A stretch of 64,000 bases of DNA from a virus (IMGVR_UViG_3300046779_001735:1-64000); one strand, 5' to 3'; positions 37,580 to 48,658 are shown, counted from the stretch's first letter. The notes: a model not told the origin generated them from the sequence alone. Program-made: numbers and translations.

Positions 37580-37677
37580 ATTGTTATTTACTAGCGTGCC
37601 TTTGCAAAGGGCAGCGTATCCTAGTAGTTTTTGGGGTTTCCGCTAAATATCAATAACTTGTAAAAGGAACCATCAAT

Positions 37678-40600
37678 ATGGCACTTACATCACCTGGCGT
37701 AGAAGTTACCGTAATCGACGAAAGTAACTACATCCCTGCAGCCACCAATACCGTACCGTTTATCATGATTGCCACTGCTCAGAACAAGATTTCTGGCACT
37801 GGTGCAGGCGTAGCCCCAGGAACACTGGCGGCGAATGCCAACAGAGTTTACACAATTACTAGTCAGCGTGATCTTGCCGCTACTTTTGGCGTACCGTTTT
37901 TCTATCAAACTTCAGCTGGCACTCCTATCAATGGCTATGAGCTTAATGAATATGGATTAATGGCAGCTTATTCATGCCTAGGTATTAGCAACCGTGCGTA
38001 TGTACAGCGTGCTGACATTGACCTAGCTGAACTAACTGCTACCCTGGTTCGTCCTACCGGTGACCCAGACAATGGCACTTTCTGGTTTGACACTGGCGTT
38101 AGTCGCTGGGGGATATTCCAGTGGAACGTGGCCACCGGTGCTTTCACTGAAATCACACCTTTGGTATTGACTAGCACTGATCAAATTGAACCAAGCCCAA
38201 GCACTCTGCCTCTTGAGTCAATTGGCAGCATTGGCAGCTACGCTATCAATGCTTTGAATGCTAACAATCCTGTGTATTACAAAAACTCTGTGAACGAATG
38301 GGTATTAGTTGGCAGCGATGCCTGGAAACTCAGCTGGCCAACTATCCAAGGAAGTTTGGCTCCGGTTACGCTGACTGAAAACACCACTTTCACAGTTAAC
38401 GACACACCTATTAACATTGCTGTGTCACCAAACAACACTGTGACCAGTGTGGTGTCTTCAATTAATGCTGCAAACATCCCTGGTGTAACAGCAGCCGTGG
38501 TTGATGGACGGTTGACTATCTATGCTGACAGTAACGCTACCAGTGATGGATCAACCGCTAATGGTGGTATTGTTACTGTATACAATGTAGTAGGCAACCC
38601 ACTTGGTGATCTTGGTATTACCCCAAGATCATATTATGCACCTGCACTGCAACAGAGTCCTAATTATCAAGTACCACGTTGGCGCGATACTGACGCGGAG
38701 CCCAAGGCTACTGGGTCTGTTTGGAACAAAACAACTTCTGCCAACCTAGGTGCAAATCTTGTAGTAAAGAAATACGATAGTATACTAGGTGCTTTTGTAC
38801 AGCAGAGCTGCCCAATCTATGCCAGCGATCAAGCTGCTAACAAAGCATTGGATCCAGCAGGCGGGGGGCAGAATATTCCTGCCAATACAACCTATGCAGT
38901 AACCAATGTTGAACAGGATGACACATTCACTCTTGAACTGCTTAAACGTCTGGCCACTGGGCCTACGAATGCCACTGGCAACGAAATTGATCCAGTGTTT
39001 ATTAATGGTACGAGTTTTACACTAAGAGCTAGCACTGCAAATAGTGATACGCTGACCAACGCTGTGACTGTGACCATTCTAGGATCAACACCTGCTGCAT
39101 TTGTAACCGCTGTAAGCGCAGCCAATGTGCCCAATGTTTCAGCTTCTGTGAATGCCAATGGCCAGATTGTGTTTACTCATTCACTAGGTGGCGTTATTCA
39201 AGTGGAAGATAATTCAGGTACGCCTTTGCTTACTGCTGGTATTGATCAGGCAATTAATGCAAGACAAAATCCTGATGGATCATATACTCTGAGCAACTGG
39301 GTTGAATTTGATTACACAGCCAGCAGCAATGCTCCTGATCAAGATCCGGCCAATGGACGTCTATGGTATTATTCAGCCGTGGATCAAGTTGACATCATGA
39401 TTAATGGTGATAATGGCTGGTCTGGATATCAGAATGTTACCAACGATGTGCGTGGATACAATTTGAGCCTGACCAATGCCACTGGCCCACAGTTTGCTAC
39501 ATCAGCGCCTACAACACAAAACGACGTAGCTCAAAGTCCCTTGGTTTATGGAGATCTTTGGATTGACACATCGGATTTAGAAAACTATCCACAACTTTAT
39601 CGTTGGGAAAACGCCGACGGCGAAGATCAATGGGTAAAAATCATCAACGCTGATCAAACCACTGAAAACGGTGTGTTGTTTGCTGATGCACGTTGGGCAA
39701 CCAACGGATCAGTAGATCCAATCACAGATACTATCCCAAGCATTGTGAGCCTGTTGACTTCAGATTATCTGGATCTTGACGCTCCAGATCCTGACCTGTA
39801 TCCCACAGGCATCCTGTTGTTCAACACACGTCGTTCAGGCTTCAATGTAAAGAGATTTGCTGTGGATTATTTTAATGCCACAGATTTCCCTGATCAAACA
39901 TTACCGGCCCAAAAGAATGCATGGGTCTCAGCTAGTGGACTCAAGAACGACGGCAGCGCATACATGGGCCGTCAGGCACAGCGTGCATTGGTCGTAGAAG
40001 CTCTTAAGTCTGGCATTGACTCAAACACTCAACTGCGTGAAGAGCAGTTGGTATACCAATTGATCGCAACTCCGCAGTATCCGGAGCTGGCTGTGAATAT
40101 GGTGGCCTTGAACAATGAACGCAACAACACAGGATTTGTGTTGCTTGATACTCCATTGCGTTTGAGTCCAGAAGGCACTGGTATTACTGATTGGGTAACA
40201 GACAACAACGGTGAAGGCCTACCAACTGGTGACGGACTGAACACTGCTAACCAGTATATGGCCACATTCTATCCAAGTTGCCAGACCACCGATCTAAGTG
40301 GCAATCCAATCGTACAGCCTGCAACACACATGATGCTGCGCACATTTATCCGCAATGACGAAGTGGCTTTCCCCTGGATGGCTCCAGCGGGCACACGTCG
40401 TGGTATAGTAGACAACGCTGCTCGCATTGGATATATTAATGCATTGACCGGCGAATTTGAACAACTAGGTGTGCGCCAAGGACTGCGTGATGTGCTGTAT
40501 GAAAACGCAATTAACCCAATTACCTTTATTCCTGGTGTGGGTATCACTAACTTTGGTAACAAGACCGCTACCAGCATTAGCTCAGCACTAAATCGTATTA

Positions 40601-40932
40601 ATGTAGCTCGTTTGGTTGCATTTATACGTGGACGTCTAGAGCAGATTGGCAAGCAGTTCTTGTTTGAACCAAATGATCAAATCACACGTGACGAAATCAA
40701 GAACAGTTGCGAGAGTCTAATGATTGATCTTGTGGCCAAGCGTGGTGTTTATGATTATCTAGTGGTGTGTGATCTAAGCAACAACACACCTGCCACTATT
40801 GATCGTAACGAACTCTATGTGGATATTGCAATTGAGCCTGTCAAGGCAGTTGAATTTATCTACATTCCGCTGCGAATCAAGAACACTGGTGAAATCAGTG
40901 CTGGACAGACAGCATCAGCACAGGCTATCTAA
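37678..40932 (+). CDS. gp18: Tail sheath protein (enlarged, 1084 aa)
   Basis: SPGVEV..IDES, PWMAPAG..RG, LYENAINPI, RINVARL, FEPND..TR, VVCD.SNN, P.KAVEFIYI. Confidence 0.95.
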   Translation: MALTSPGVEVTVIDESNYIPAATNTVPFIMIATAQNKISGTGAGVAPGTLAANANRVYTITSQRDLAATFGVPFFYQTSAGTPINGYELNEYGLMAAYSCLGISNRAYVQRADIDLAELTATLVRPTGDPDNGTFWFDTGVSRWGIFQWNVATGAFTEITPLVLTSTDQIEPSPSTLPLESIGSIGSYAINALNANNPVYYKNSVNEWVLVGSDAWKLSWPTIQGSLAPVTLTENTTFTVNDTPINIAVSPNNTVTSVVSSINAANIPGVTAAVVDGRLTIYADSNATSDGSTANGGIVTVYNVVGNPLGDLGITPRSYYAPALQQSPNYQVPRWRDTDAEPKATGSVWNKTTSANLGANLVVKKYDSILGAFVQQSCPIYASDQAANKALDPAGGGQNIPANTTYAVTNVEQDDTFTLELLKRLATGPTNATGNEIDPVFINGTSFTLRASTANSDTLTNAVTVTILGSTPAAFVTAVSAANVPNVSASVNANGQIVFTHSLGGVIQVEDNSGTPLLTAGIDQAINARQNPDGSYTLSNWVEFDYTASSNAPDQDPANGRLWYYSAVDQVDIMINGDNGWSGYQNVTNDVRGYNLSLTNATGPQFATSAPTTQNDVAQSPLVYGDLWIDTSDLENYPQLYRWENADGEDQWVKIINADQTTENGVLFADARWATNGSVDPITDTIPSIVSLLTSDYLDLDAPDPDLYPTGILLFNTRRSGFNVKRFAVDYFNATDFPDQTLPAQKNAWVSASGLKNDGSAYMGRQAQRALVVEALKSGIDSNTQLREEQLVYQLIATPQYPELAVNMVALNNERNNTGFVLLDTPLRLSPEGTGITDWVTDNNGEGLPTGDGLNTANQYMATFYPSCQTTDLSGNPIVQPATHMMLRTFIRNDEVAFPWMAPAGTRRGIVDNAARIGYINALTGEFEQLGVRQGLRDVLYENAINPITFIPGVGITNFGNKTATSISSALNRINVARLVAFIRGRLEQIGKQFLFEPNDQITRDEIKNSCESLMIDLVAKRGVYDYLVVCDLSNNTPATIDRNELYVDIAIEPVKAVEFIYIPLRIKNTGEISAGQTASAQAI

Positions 40933-40994
40933 TAGAATATGGACATGATTTTCCAGGATTGTTGTGCCATAAATACTGTATATAGGAGATAAAC

Positions 40995-41636
40995 ATGGCC
41001 GTATCATCACTAACAAGAATGACAGTGCCACTGGCCAGCGATCAAAGCTCATCGACCCAGGGCCTGTTGATGCCCAAACTCAAGTATCGCTTTAGAGTGA
41101 TATTTGAAGGTTTGGGTGTGAGCACACCGCGCACTGAACTAACCAAACAGGTTATAGATTTTGCTAGACCAGAAGTGACTTTTGAAGAAATTCTAGTTCC
41201 AATTTATAACAGCACACTGAAGTTGGCCGGCAAACACAGCTGGGGCGACATCACAGTCAACCTACGCGACGATGCTGGTGGCAACGTGCAGAAACGTGTG
41301 GGCGAGCAGTTACAGAAGCAACTAGATTTCATGGAACAGGCTTCTGCAGCAGCAGGTATTGACTACAAATTTACCACCCGTTGTGAAGTACTAGACGGCG
41401 GTAATGGTACGTCAACACCAGTGGTGCTTGAGACCTGGGAGATCTATGGTTGCTATCTAAAAGGTGTCAACTACAACGACCTGAACTATGGAACAAGTGA
41501 AGCAGTTACAATCACAATGACCATGGCATTTGACAACGCATTGCAAACTCCAATTGGTTCTGGTGTTGGTGCATCAATTGGTCGTACTGTGGGTGACGTA
41601 ATCACAGGTTCATTAACAGGCGCTCCAGCAGCGTAA
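40995..41636 (+). CDS. gp19: Tail tube protein
   Basis: Follows the sheath; YRFRV.F, KLAGK..WGDITV.LRDD, W.IYGC, L.Y..FDNA. Confidence 0.85.
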   Translation: MAVSSLTRMTVPLASDQSSSTQGLLMPKLKYRFRVIFEGLGVSTPRTELTKQVIDFARPEVTFEEILVPIYNSTLKLAGKHSWGDITVNLRDDAGGNVQKRVGEQLQKQLDFMEQASAAAGIDYKFTTRCEVLDGGNGTSTPVVLETWEIYGCYLKGVNYNDLNYGTSEAVTITMTMAFDNALQTPIGSGVGASIGRTVGDVITGSLTGAPAA

Positions 41637-41640
41637 TCTA

Positions 41641-42810
41641 ATGCCATCTTGGGGACAAGATTTCCTTCAAGGATTCTTTGGTGTTGATTCCTTAAGAGAC
41701 TATAAACACGCCAGCAAAGTATTCCGTACTAACGGATACGAGCTGGCTCCTCGTTTTAAATTCCTTTATCATGTGAGCTTCACTGTAAATGATGTAAACA
41801 TTCCACAGATGTTTGCCGACACCGGTGCCTTCACCAGCACTGATATTAATAATCTTGGTTTGACTGTGAAAAATGTGCAATTGCCACAGTATGAACTTGC
41901 TGTAAACACTCTGAATCAATACAATCGCAAGAGACTGGTTCAAACCAAGATCAACTACCAACCTGTGCAAATAGTTTTTCACGACGATGGCGGTGATCTT
42001 GTGCGCAACATGTGGTACAACTATTTTAGTTACTACTACAAAGATCCAAGCCAGGCCTATAATGGCGGCGCAGGTACATCTGGAACCAATGGCAACGCAA
42101 ATAATATCTCTGCTGGCTTTGACTACAATGGTCGCGACATCTATCAGAACACACGCAATGGCAACGACTGGGGATTCATTGGTGAAAGTTATCAAAATCC
42201 TGCAGCCTATAGTAATGGAACAGATGCCAGCGGCAAGCCTGCGTTTTTTAAAGACATTAGAATCTTTGGATTGAACCAGCACAAGTTTGTAAGCTATGTG
42301 TTAATTAATCCTGTGATCACAGCATGGAATCATGATACATTTGACTACAGTGACTCAGGGACAATGCAGCACACTATGACCATTCAATATGAAACAGTGA
42401 AGTATTACAGCGGTGCTGTTGGGTCAAGGGCTCCAAAAGGTAGCGACAATCCCACTGACAGTGATGTTAATGTCAAGGGCTTTGCTGATCCATCAAGATA
42501 TGACACACAACGTAGTCCCTTGGCACGGCCAGGAAGCACTGCATCAGTGCTTGGACAAGGCGGTTTACTAGACACAGGGTTAGGTATCATCAGTGATCTA
42601 CAGCGTGGAGATACTGCTGGCATCCTTGGTGCTGTGCAAAAAGCAGGCACTTCCTACAATACATTTAAGAAAGCAGACATTGGTGGAATCATCAGAGAAG
42701 AGGCCACTGGTGCAGCCAAGGATGTGATTAGAGCCAGCGCGCCAGGCGCCACTAGAGCAGTGATTAACAAAAGCGACAGTGTGTTCTTTCCTACACCTCC
42801 TAAACGATGA
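41641..42810 (+). CDS. Tail tube initiator/baseplate protein (gp48/gp54-like)
   Basis: Tube-fold pattern: VQLP, INYQPV.I.FHDD, LINP.IT....DY, MTIQYE. Confidence 0.6.
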   Translation: MPSWGQDFLQGFFGVDSLRDYKHASKVFRTNGYELAPRFKFLYHVSFTVNDVNIPQMFADTGAFTSTDINNLGLTVKNVQLPQYELAVNTLNQYNRKRLVQTKINYQPVQIVFHDDGGDLVRNMWYNYFSYYYKDPSQAYNGGAGTSGTNGNANNISAGFDYNGRDIYQNTRNGNDWGFIGESYQNPAAYSNGTDASGKPAFFKDIRIFGLNQHKFVSYVLINPVITAWNHDTFDYSDSGTMQHTMTIQYETVKYYSGAVGSRAPKGSDNPTDSDVNVKGFADPSRYDTQRSPLARPGSTASVLGQGGLLDTGLGIISDLQRGDTAGILGAVQKAGTSYNTFKKADIGGIIREEATGAAKDVIRASAPGATRAVINKSDSVFFPTPPKR

Positions 42811-43166
42811 CTAGTGTAAATGAAACCAATCTCAAGATTGATCAAACAGTAAGAGTGTTTGATGAATTTTACGGATTTGAACAAAATATTCCTGTGGCAC
42901 AGTATGATGCTGTGTTTTCTTATATGCGTTCGGTATTTGATACTGAGCAAGCTGCTGCAAACTTTACTACCACACTATTCAGAGCCAGCGGCGAATCTGG
43001 TATCAATGTCATGGACTTGCTGCAAGAGATACAACGCTATGGAAAGCCTGAACTGACTTCGGTACTGGCATATTACCTCAACGGTCTACGTAGTTCATCA
43101 ACACTACTAGGAGTACAGGCTAGAGTGTTGCCAAACTACTATGTGGCTAGAAATGTGATACCATGA
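42807..43166 (+). CDS. Hypothetical protein
   Basis: ATGA overlaps at both ends within the late operon. Confidence 0.7.
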   Translation: MTSVNETNLKIDQTVRVFDEFYGFEQNIPVAQYDAVFSYMRSVFDTEQAAANFTTTLFRASGESGINVMDLLQEIQRYGKPELTSVLAYYLNGLRSSSTLLGVQARVLPNYYVARNVIP

Positions 43167-43594
43167 GACGTTGGGCACAGGGCGTCTATACAGTAAAAAA
43201 TTCTAACAAGTATGTGGGCAAGAACAATCCAAGATATCGCTCAGGGTGGGAGTTTGCGTTCATGGCCTTTTGTGACAACAACGACAACATCCTGCAATGG
43301 GCCAGTGAAAGCATCAACATACCCTATCTTAATCCCTTGAGTGGTCGCCAAACAATCTACGTACCTGATTTTTTTATAACCTATCGTACTCGTGACAATC
43401 AGGTCAAAGCAGAAGTCATAGAGATAAAGCCCAAGAAACAAAGCGTGATTGAAAGCAAGCAGAGTGCTAGAGACCGTGCGGCTGTAGCGGTGAACTATGC
43501 CAAATGGGACGCTGCTACCAAATGGTGCAGACGTCAGGGACTTACCTTTAGAGTTATCACTGAAGACGACATGTTTCATAACGGTTCCAAATAG
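43163..43594 (+). CDS. gp4: Head completion nuclease (gp4-like, TnsA N-terminal fold)
   Basis: KYVG, YRSGWE..FM.FCD, WASE..IPY, YVPDF, EIKP, N.AKW.AA, F..ITE. Confidence 0.9.
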   Translation: MRRWAQGVYTVKNSNKYVGKNNPRYRSGWEFAFMAFCDNNDNILQWASESINIPYLNPLSGRQTIYVPDFFITYRTRDNQVKAEVIEIKPKKQSVIESKQSARDRAAVAVNYAKWDAATKWCRRQGLTFRVITEDDMFHNGSK

Positions 43595-43626
43595 CCCACA
43601 ACAAGATTTAGGCCGCTAAATATGGC

Positions 43627-44097
43627 ATGAATCGTAAACTTGAATCTTTGTTTGACTTACCTGATCACACTGAGTACGAACACGCTGATATTCCCCCACC
43701 TCCATTGCCCGTTACCACTGAAACACTCGCTGCTATTGACAAGATAGAAGCTGCACTGCCTGCTGTTCGAGGCCTTGAAGCCAGCGACGGTGAAATGGAT
43801 GAAATCGCCAGCAAGGCCATGGAAAGCTACAACAATCTCATGGACCTAGGTATGGCGGTTGAAGCACGATTCGCCAGTGAGATATTTGGTGTGGCCAGCA
43901 ATATGCTGGGACATGCTATCACAGCCAAAACAGCTAAGATGAACAAGAAGCTGAAAATGATTGACCTGCAGATGAAGAAGCTCAAACTAGACCGTGACAG
44001 CGGTGCAGACGTACCAGTAGCACAAGGAGAGCTCATTGATCGCAATGAATTGCTGCGCCAGATTATGGCCAATAATCAAAACCAGCAGAAAGAATAA
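43627..44097 (+). CDS. Putative terminase small subunit (gp16-like)
   Basis: LESLFD, helical core with LMDL..VE.R..EV, and DRNELL C-terminal motif; late promoter upstream. Confidence 0.55.
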   Translation: MNRKLESLFDLPDHTEYEHADIPPPPLPVTTETLAAIDKIEAALPAVRGLEASDGEMDEIASKAMESYNNLMDLGMAVEARFASEIFGVASNMLGHAITAKTAKMNKKLKMIDLQMKKLKLDRDSGADVPVAQGELIDRNELLRQIMANNQNQQKE

Positions 44098-44117
44098 ATA
44101 CTGTATAGGATCATGAC

Positions 44118-44714
44118 ATGAAACATTTTAAAGAATATCTAGTAGAAAGCGAAAAAACCTACAATTATCGCATCAAAGTGTGCGGTGAAACACCTCCGGG
44201 CTTTTTTAAAGATCTTAAAGATCGCCTTTCACAATTTGAAGTTGTAAAGATGAGCGATGCAAAAAACACACCTGTGTTACCATTGCCCACAGACTTTCCC
44301 AACTTCAAAAACGAGCGAGTGAGTTTTGTAGATGTGGAGTTTCGTTATCCTGCTGTTGAGCCGCAGATTAAACAGCTGGCACAATTGACAGGACTTGATC
44401 CAAATCGGATTGTGATGCATACTGAGGATTACACTGAAAGTATGGGCCAAGAGTACGAAGAGATTGAAAACAACGAAGATCTATTAACCAAAACTGATTA
44501 CCCAGCACCCAGTCGTGAACAAAAGGCTCTCAGCAAAGATTATGCCGCTGACCCACACGATCATGAGGTGCTGAAAAACTCTTACCGGAGCAAGTTTGCA
44601 GTGGCAGGTGGTAAAACACCTTCAGCTGAAACAACCAATGATTTGCCCATGGGCAACAAGAGTGCAATTACTGGCACCAACAGGCTACCCTCTGTAAAAT
44701 CCAATGCGAGATAA
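44118..44714 (+). CDS. Putative internal head protein
   Basis: N-terminus MKHFKEYLVE resembles the T4 capsid-targeting sequence. Confidence 0.6.
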   Translation: MKHFKEYLVESEKTYNYRIKVCGETPPGFFKDLKDRLSQFEVVKMSDAKNTPVLPLPTDFPNFKNERVSFVDVEFRYPAVEPQIKQLAQLTGLDPNRIVMHTEDYTESMGQEYEEIENNEDLLTKTDYPAPSREQKALSKDYAADPHDHEVLKNSYRSKFAVAGGKTPSAETTNDLPMGNKSAITGTNRLPSVKSNAR

Positions 44715-47040
44715 CACTATGAACGATAACGACAACGCCAACATGTATGAAATTTTTGAACGCCTGAATCGCGTTCAATCACAGACTTCAAAAATTGATG
44801 AAGCTGCTACAACAAAAGCTCGCCTTGATGAAAGTGCATTCCAAGCAGCAATTGGTAAAAAGAAATATGGCGACGAAGGCATGAAAGCCTTGCAAAAAGC
44901 TGGCCGTGATCATGCCAGCGACAAAACCATGAAGAACATTCGCGACAAGTACGACAAGTATGACGAAGCTCAAGTCAATGAACTAAGTCCTGATACTTTA
45001 TCAAGTTATGCTGACAAGGCAAGAGGCCAGCGTAACTGGGCTGCTGGCAGAGCAATGGCAGCGCAGCAAGGCAATCAGTCAGCTGATCCACAAGGTAAGT
45101 TTGACAAACTTTGGGATAAAAGAGCAGCTGGATATAACAAAGCAGTAGCTAAAGGTGCTAGAGATATTGATAAGACTCAAGGACTACAAAGTCGCGGTGG
45201 ACCTGCATCAGGCTGGAACTGGAGCAAAGATGCAGAGCCAGCAGCCTTGAATAGACCAATGGAAGAATCAAAACCTGACTTTCTTGACCTTGACAAAGAC
45301 GGCAATAAAAAAGAGCCTATGAAGTCAGCGGCCAAGGATGCCAAGAAACACAAAAAAGACGTTGAAGAAGGCATGTTTAAAGATGCACCAGCCAAGAGCA
45401 AGGTGCCTGCGTTTCAACGCAAGGCCAAAGGTAGCAACTGGAAAACCAGCATGCAGGATCTTGAACATGAACGCAGTCAAAGTCCTACTGGAAGAGCAGG
45501 ACTTGAAAAAGCCAAACGTCGCCTTGGACAAGTCAGCGAAGGGCTTGATCAAATCATGCGCACCATGGGCCGTGACATAGAACAATTTAAACGCAGCGGT
45601 GAACTCACAGATGAACTTTATTCTGCATTGTATGATTATTACATGGACGAAATGCCCTATGGTGTGGCCAAGGCCCGCACAGGCGATCCCTATGAGTGGA
45701 TCATGAACAAGCTAGAAAGTGAACTAGGTGTTGACGAAGGTAATCTGTTCACAGGCAATCTTGCCAAAGCTCGTGCAGCTGGTGTAAAGAAAGCCGACCT
45801 TGACGGCGACGGCGACATGGAAAAAGTCAACGAGCTTGACATTAACTTGATCAAAGCAGCTCAAAAAGACGCTGCTAAAACTGTAAAACACAGTGATCCA
45901 GAAAGCGATCGTAACATACACAAAAAGTATGGACATCGCAGCGATCGTGATGACACTGGCAATGACGACGATTATGATGAATTTGGCAATGAAAAGAAAA
46001 AGAAATCACAGCCAGCCGCAGGCGACAAGCGTGGCCGTGGACGTCCTAAGAAATATACCGCAGACAAACCACGTCAAGAACGTGTCACAGCCAAGAGTCG
46101 CAAAGCAGACCGCACTGCCTATACCAAAAAGAAAGTAGGCGAAGAAGAGCTAAGTGAAAAGTCTGTGAGCAAAGCACAGCAGCGGTTTATGGGCATGGCA
46201 CATGCTATGCAAAAAGGCGAGAAAGTTCCTGGCGCAAGCAAGGAATTGAAAAAAGTGGCCAAGACCATGGGCAAAGGCGATGTTAAAGATTTTGCTAAGA
46301 CCAAACACAAAGGTCTGCCAGAAAAGAAAAAGAAAACTGACGAAATGACTACAAGTGGTGGTGTAGCTCCTAGCATGGCACCAATGGGAGTGCGTCAGAC
46401 CAAAGAAGAAATGACTGATGTATTACGAGCAGAAAAAGGCGGAGTCAAAGGTGCCACACAGCCTCCAGCAGATAGCCAATTTGCTCCTGGTGATAAAAGA
46501 AACTCCACACCAGCGCCATCAAGCACTTCGGCTCCAAAAGCAGTAAAAGAAACTGACAAGGTACCAACAAACAAGCCTAAAGAAAAAACAGGATCAGGCA
46601 GTATGCAGTTTGGCAAAGGCATCTATGATTCGTTTAATCGCAAGCTTGAAGGCATGATAGCCGAAGGTATGCAAATCAATGCTTCTATGAATACAGATGC
46701 TCAGGGTGGTCCAAGCAAAACCTTAACTATCACAGCCACTGACGAATCAGCAGAACAACTCATGATGTTGCTAAAAATGGCCGGCCTTACGCAAGACTCA
46801 GAAGCGTGCCCGCATTGCGGCCAAAGCCCTTGTGGTTGTGATCATGTAGAAGAAGATTTAGCCAATAGTCCTGACGAAGTCACTGCCAGCAGTGAAGTGG
46901 TTACACAGGGCATGTCCGGCGGTTTAAACAAACCCAAAAGTACAGGACAAACTACAGTTCCTGTGATGAACGTTGATCCCAAGCGTCAAGGCATGCTTGA
47001 GACTATGCAACGACAATTATGGAAAAAGTACCAAGGCTGA
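44704..47040 (+). CDS. Large charged modular protein, putative protease-processed internal head protein
   Basis: Many [ILVM]-x-E sites separate basic modules; AT-hook-like RGRGRPKK; DxDxDG loops. Confidence 0.65.
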   Translation: MRDNTMNDNDNANMYEIFERLNRVQSQTSKIDEAATTKARLDESAFQAAIGKKKYGDEGMKALQKAGRDHASDKTMKNIRDKYDKYDEAQVNELSPDTLSSYADKARGQRNWAAGRAMAAQQGNQSADPQGKFDKLWDKRAAGYNKAVAKGARDIDKTQGLQSRGGPASGWNWSKDAEPAALNRPMEESKPDFLDLDKDGNKKEPMKSAAKDAKKHKKDVEEGMFKDAPAKSKVPAFQRKAKGSNWKTSMQDLEHERSQSPTGRAGLEKAKRRLGQVSEGLDQIMRTMGRDIEQFKRSGELTDELYSALYDYYMDEMPYGVAKARTGDPYEWIMNKLESELGVDEGNLFTGNLAKARAAGVKKADLDGDGDMEKVNELDINLIKAAQKDAAKTVKHSDPESDRNIHKKYGHRSDRDDTGNDDDYDEFGNEKKKKSQPAAGDKRGRGRPKKYTADKPRQERVTAKSRKADRTAYTKKKVGEEELSEKSVSKAQQRFMGMAHAMQKGEKVPGASKELKKVAKTMGKGDVKDFAKTKHKGLPEKKKKTDEMTTSGGVAPSMAPMGVRQTKEEMTDVLRAEKGGVKGATQPPADSQFAPGDKRNSTPAPSSTSAPKAVKETDKVPTNKPKEKTGSGSMQFGKGIYDSFNRKLEGMIAEGMQINASMNTDAQGGPSKTLTITATDESAEQLMMLLKMAGLTQDSEACPHCGQSPCGCDHVEEDLANSPDEVTASSEVVTQGMSGGLNKPKSTGQTTVPVMNVDPKRQGMLETMQRQLWKKYQG

Positions 47041-47042
47041 TC

Positions 47043-48347
47043 ATGAAAACACTGCGTGATTATTTTGAGCAACAAAAACACATACACGATCGTCCGGTAA
47101 CGGGCGATCTGTTCGCGCTGAACATGCGTGAAGAATGTTTGTTAGAAAGTGAAGTTATTGAGCACGACGACGAAAGCATTACGTTGTTGGCTGATAATCA
47201 ACTCATGCAAATGCTTGAAAGTTATGGTGCCTTTGAAGACAAAATGATTGATGTTGATGGAACTGATGTTGATCAGTATGATTATGACACTGAAGAAGAA
47301 GTAGCAGAAGGCAGCGAACAACAAATCAACGACTACGATACCTGGAGTGACAAAGTCTCCGCACAAGGTGGTGAGATACACCCACAAAAGGATAGAGTTC
47401 GTATGGTAGCACAAAGCTGGTCCGGTGACACCATTGGTGAATTTAATTTGCGAACTAATCAAGGTTATATAATTCCCGGCTCTCAAGGTGTAGCGGAAGA
47501 ATCAGATGACAAAGCCGATGCTAAAGAACGCCTGGCACAATTAGAAAAACAATTTGATTCTAGTTACGAATACAGTGACGATCACAGCGTGTGGAAAAAG
47601 CACAACGCTATCAGACAAGAAATGGATAGTTTGAAAAAGATCATTGGACAAGATGTATCTGAAGAAAAACAAAAAGGTGTTGATGGCAAGGCCTGTTGGA
47701 AAGGCTACAAGCGCATGGGCACCAAACAGAAAGGTGGCAAGACTGTAGACAACTGTGTGCCTATGGGCGAAGACATCGAGGTTCAAGAACAGGAAATGTC
47801 TCGTTTACGTGAACTTGCAGGCATGCGTCAGTCTATGTGTAACGAGTGCGGAATGAGCGAAAGTAACTGCGGTTGTGAAGAGCCAGATCCGGCTCAATCA
47901 GGTGAATACGATTTTGAAGGCGACATGGCCAAAGACGATCTCTACAACATTGTCAAGGCCGCACGCAGACTCAACGGCATGCTGGATGATAACGAAAACA
48001 TGCCAGAATGGGTACAAAGCAAAATCAATAAAGCCGAAGACTATCTTGATGTAGCAGCAGACTACATCGAAGCCAACAAGGCCAGAGATCAGGTAGACAT
48101 GGACGAGGCCAAGTACCAAGGACGTGAAGTACAACTCAACAAACCCACAGCTGGTGATGTTGGCAAGTTCAAGGTTTATGTAAAAGACCCCTCAACTGGC
48201 AACGTTAAAAAAGTCAACTTTGGCGACAAAACCATGCGTATTAAAAAATCTAATCCAGCACGTCGCAAAAGTTTTAGAGCTCGACATCGCTGCGAAAACC
48301 CAGGTCCAAAAACCAAGGCACGTTATTGGAGTTGCCGCAAGTGGTAA
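47043..48347 (+). CDS. Modular protein, putative internal head protein
   Basis: MKTLRDYFE start; ACWKGY..DNCVP, PEWVQSKI and KKVNFGD..RKSFRARH.C..RYWSC modules separated by VxE/MxE. Confidence 0.65.
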   Translation: MKTLRDYFEQQKHIHDRPVTGDLFALNMREECLLESEVIEHDDESITLLADNQLMQMLESYGAFEDKMIDVDGTDVDQYDYDTEEEVAEGSEQQINDYDTWSDKVSAQGGEIHPQKDRVRMVAQSWSGDTIGEFNLRTNQGYIIPGSQGVAEESDDKADAKERLAQLEKQFDSSYEYSDDHSVWKKHNAIRQEMDSLKKIIGQDVSEEKQKGVDGKACWKGYKRMGTKQKGGKTVDNCVPMGEDIEVQEQEMSRLRELAGMRQSMCNECGMSESNCGCEEPDPAQSGEYDFEGDMAKDDLYNIVKAARRLNGMLDDNENMPEWVQSKINKAEDYLDVAADYIEANKARDQVDMDEAKYQGREVQLNKPTAGDVGKFKVYVKDPSTGNVKKVNFGDKTMRIKKSNPARRKSFRARHRCENPGPKTKARYWSCRKW

Positions 48348-48361
48348 ACAAGGAATAAAAT

Positions 48362-48658
48362 ATGGCCAGTCAAGTAAATGTTTATACCGGAGCACAAACC
48401 AATGTCGCCTGGCGCACTGACAAAGTGCAGATCAACACAGGCACAAACGCAGTAACCTTTCAGGTAAATGTAGCCAATGTTGCTAATGCCGGAGTAACCA
48501 GTGACACAATTTATAGCAATGCAGTGGTAGTACCAGCCAACAGTATCATGGAGATGTTTGTGGGAGTAGGCAACTTTATTACTATTGCCGGGGGTAATGC
48601 TTCAATCAGTGAACTAGGAACCGAAAGTTCAGGTAATGCCGCTGTAATGGCCATTTAA
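48362..48658 (+). CDS. Small beta-rich virion protein
   Basis: AAGGA Shine-Dalgarno; A/N/V/T-rich composition. Confidence 0.65.
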   Translation: MASQVNVYTGAQTNVAWRTDKVQINTGTNAVTFQVNVANVANAGVTSDTIYSNAVVVPANSIMEMFVGVGNFITIAGGNASISELGTESSGNAAVMAI

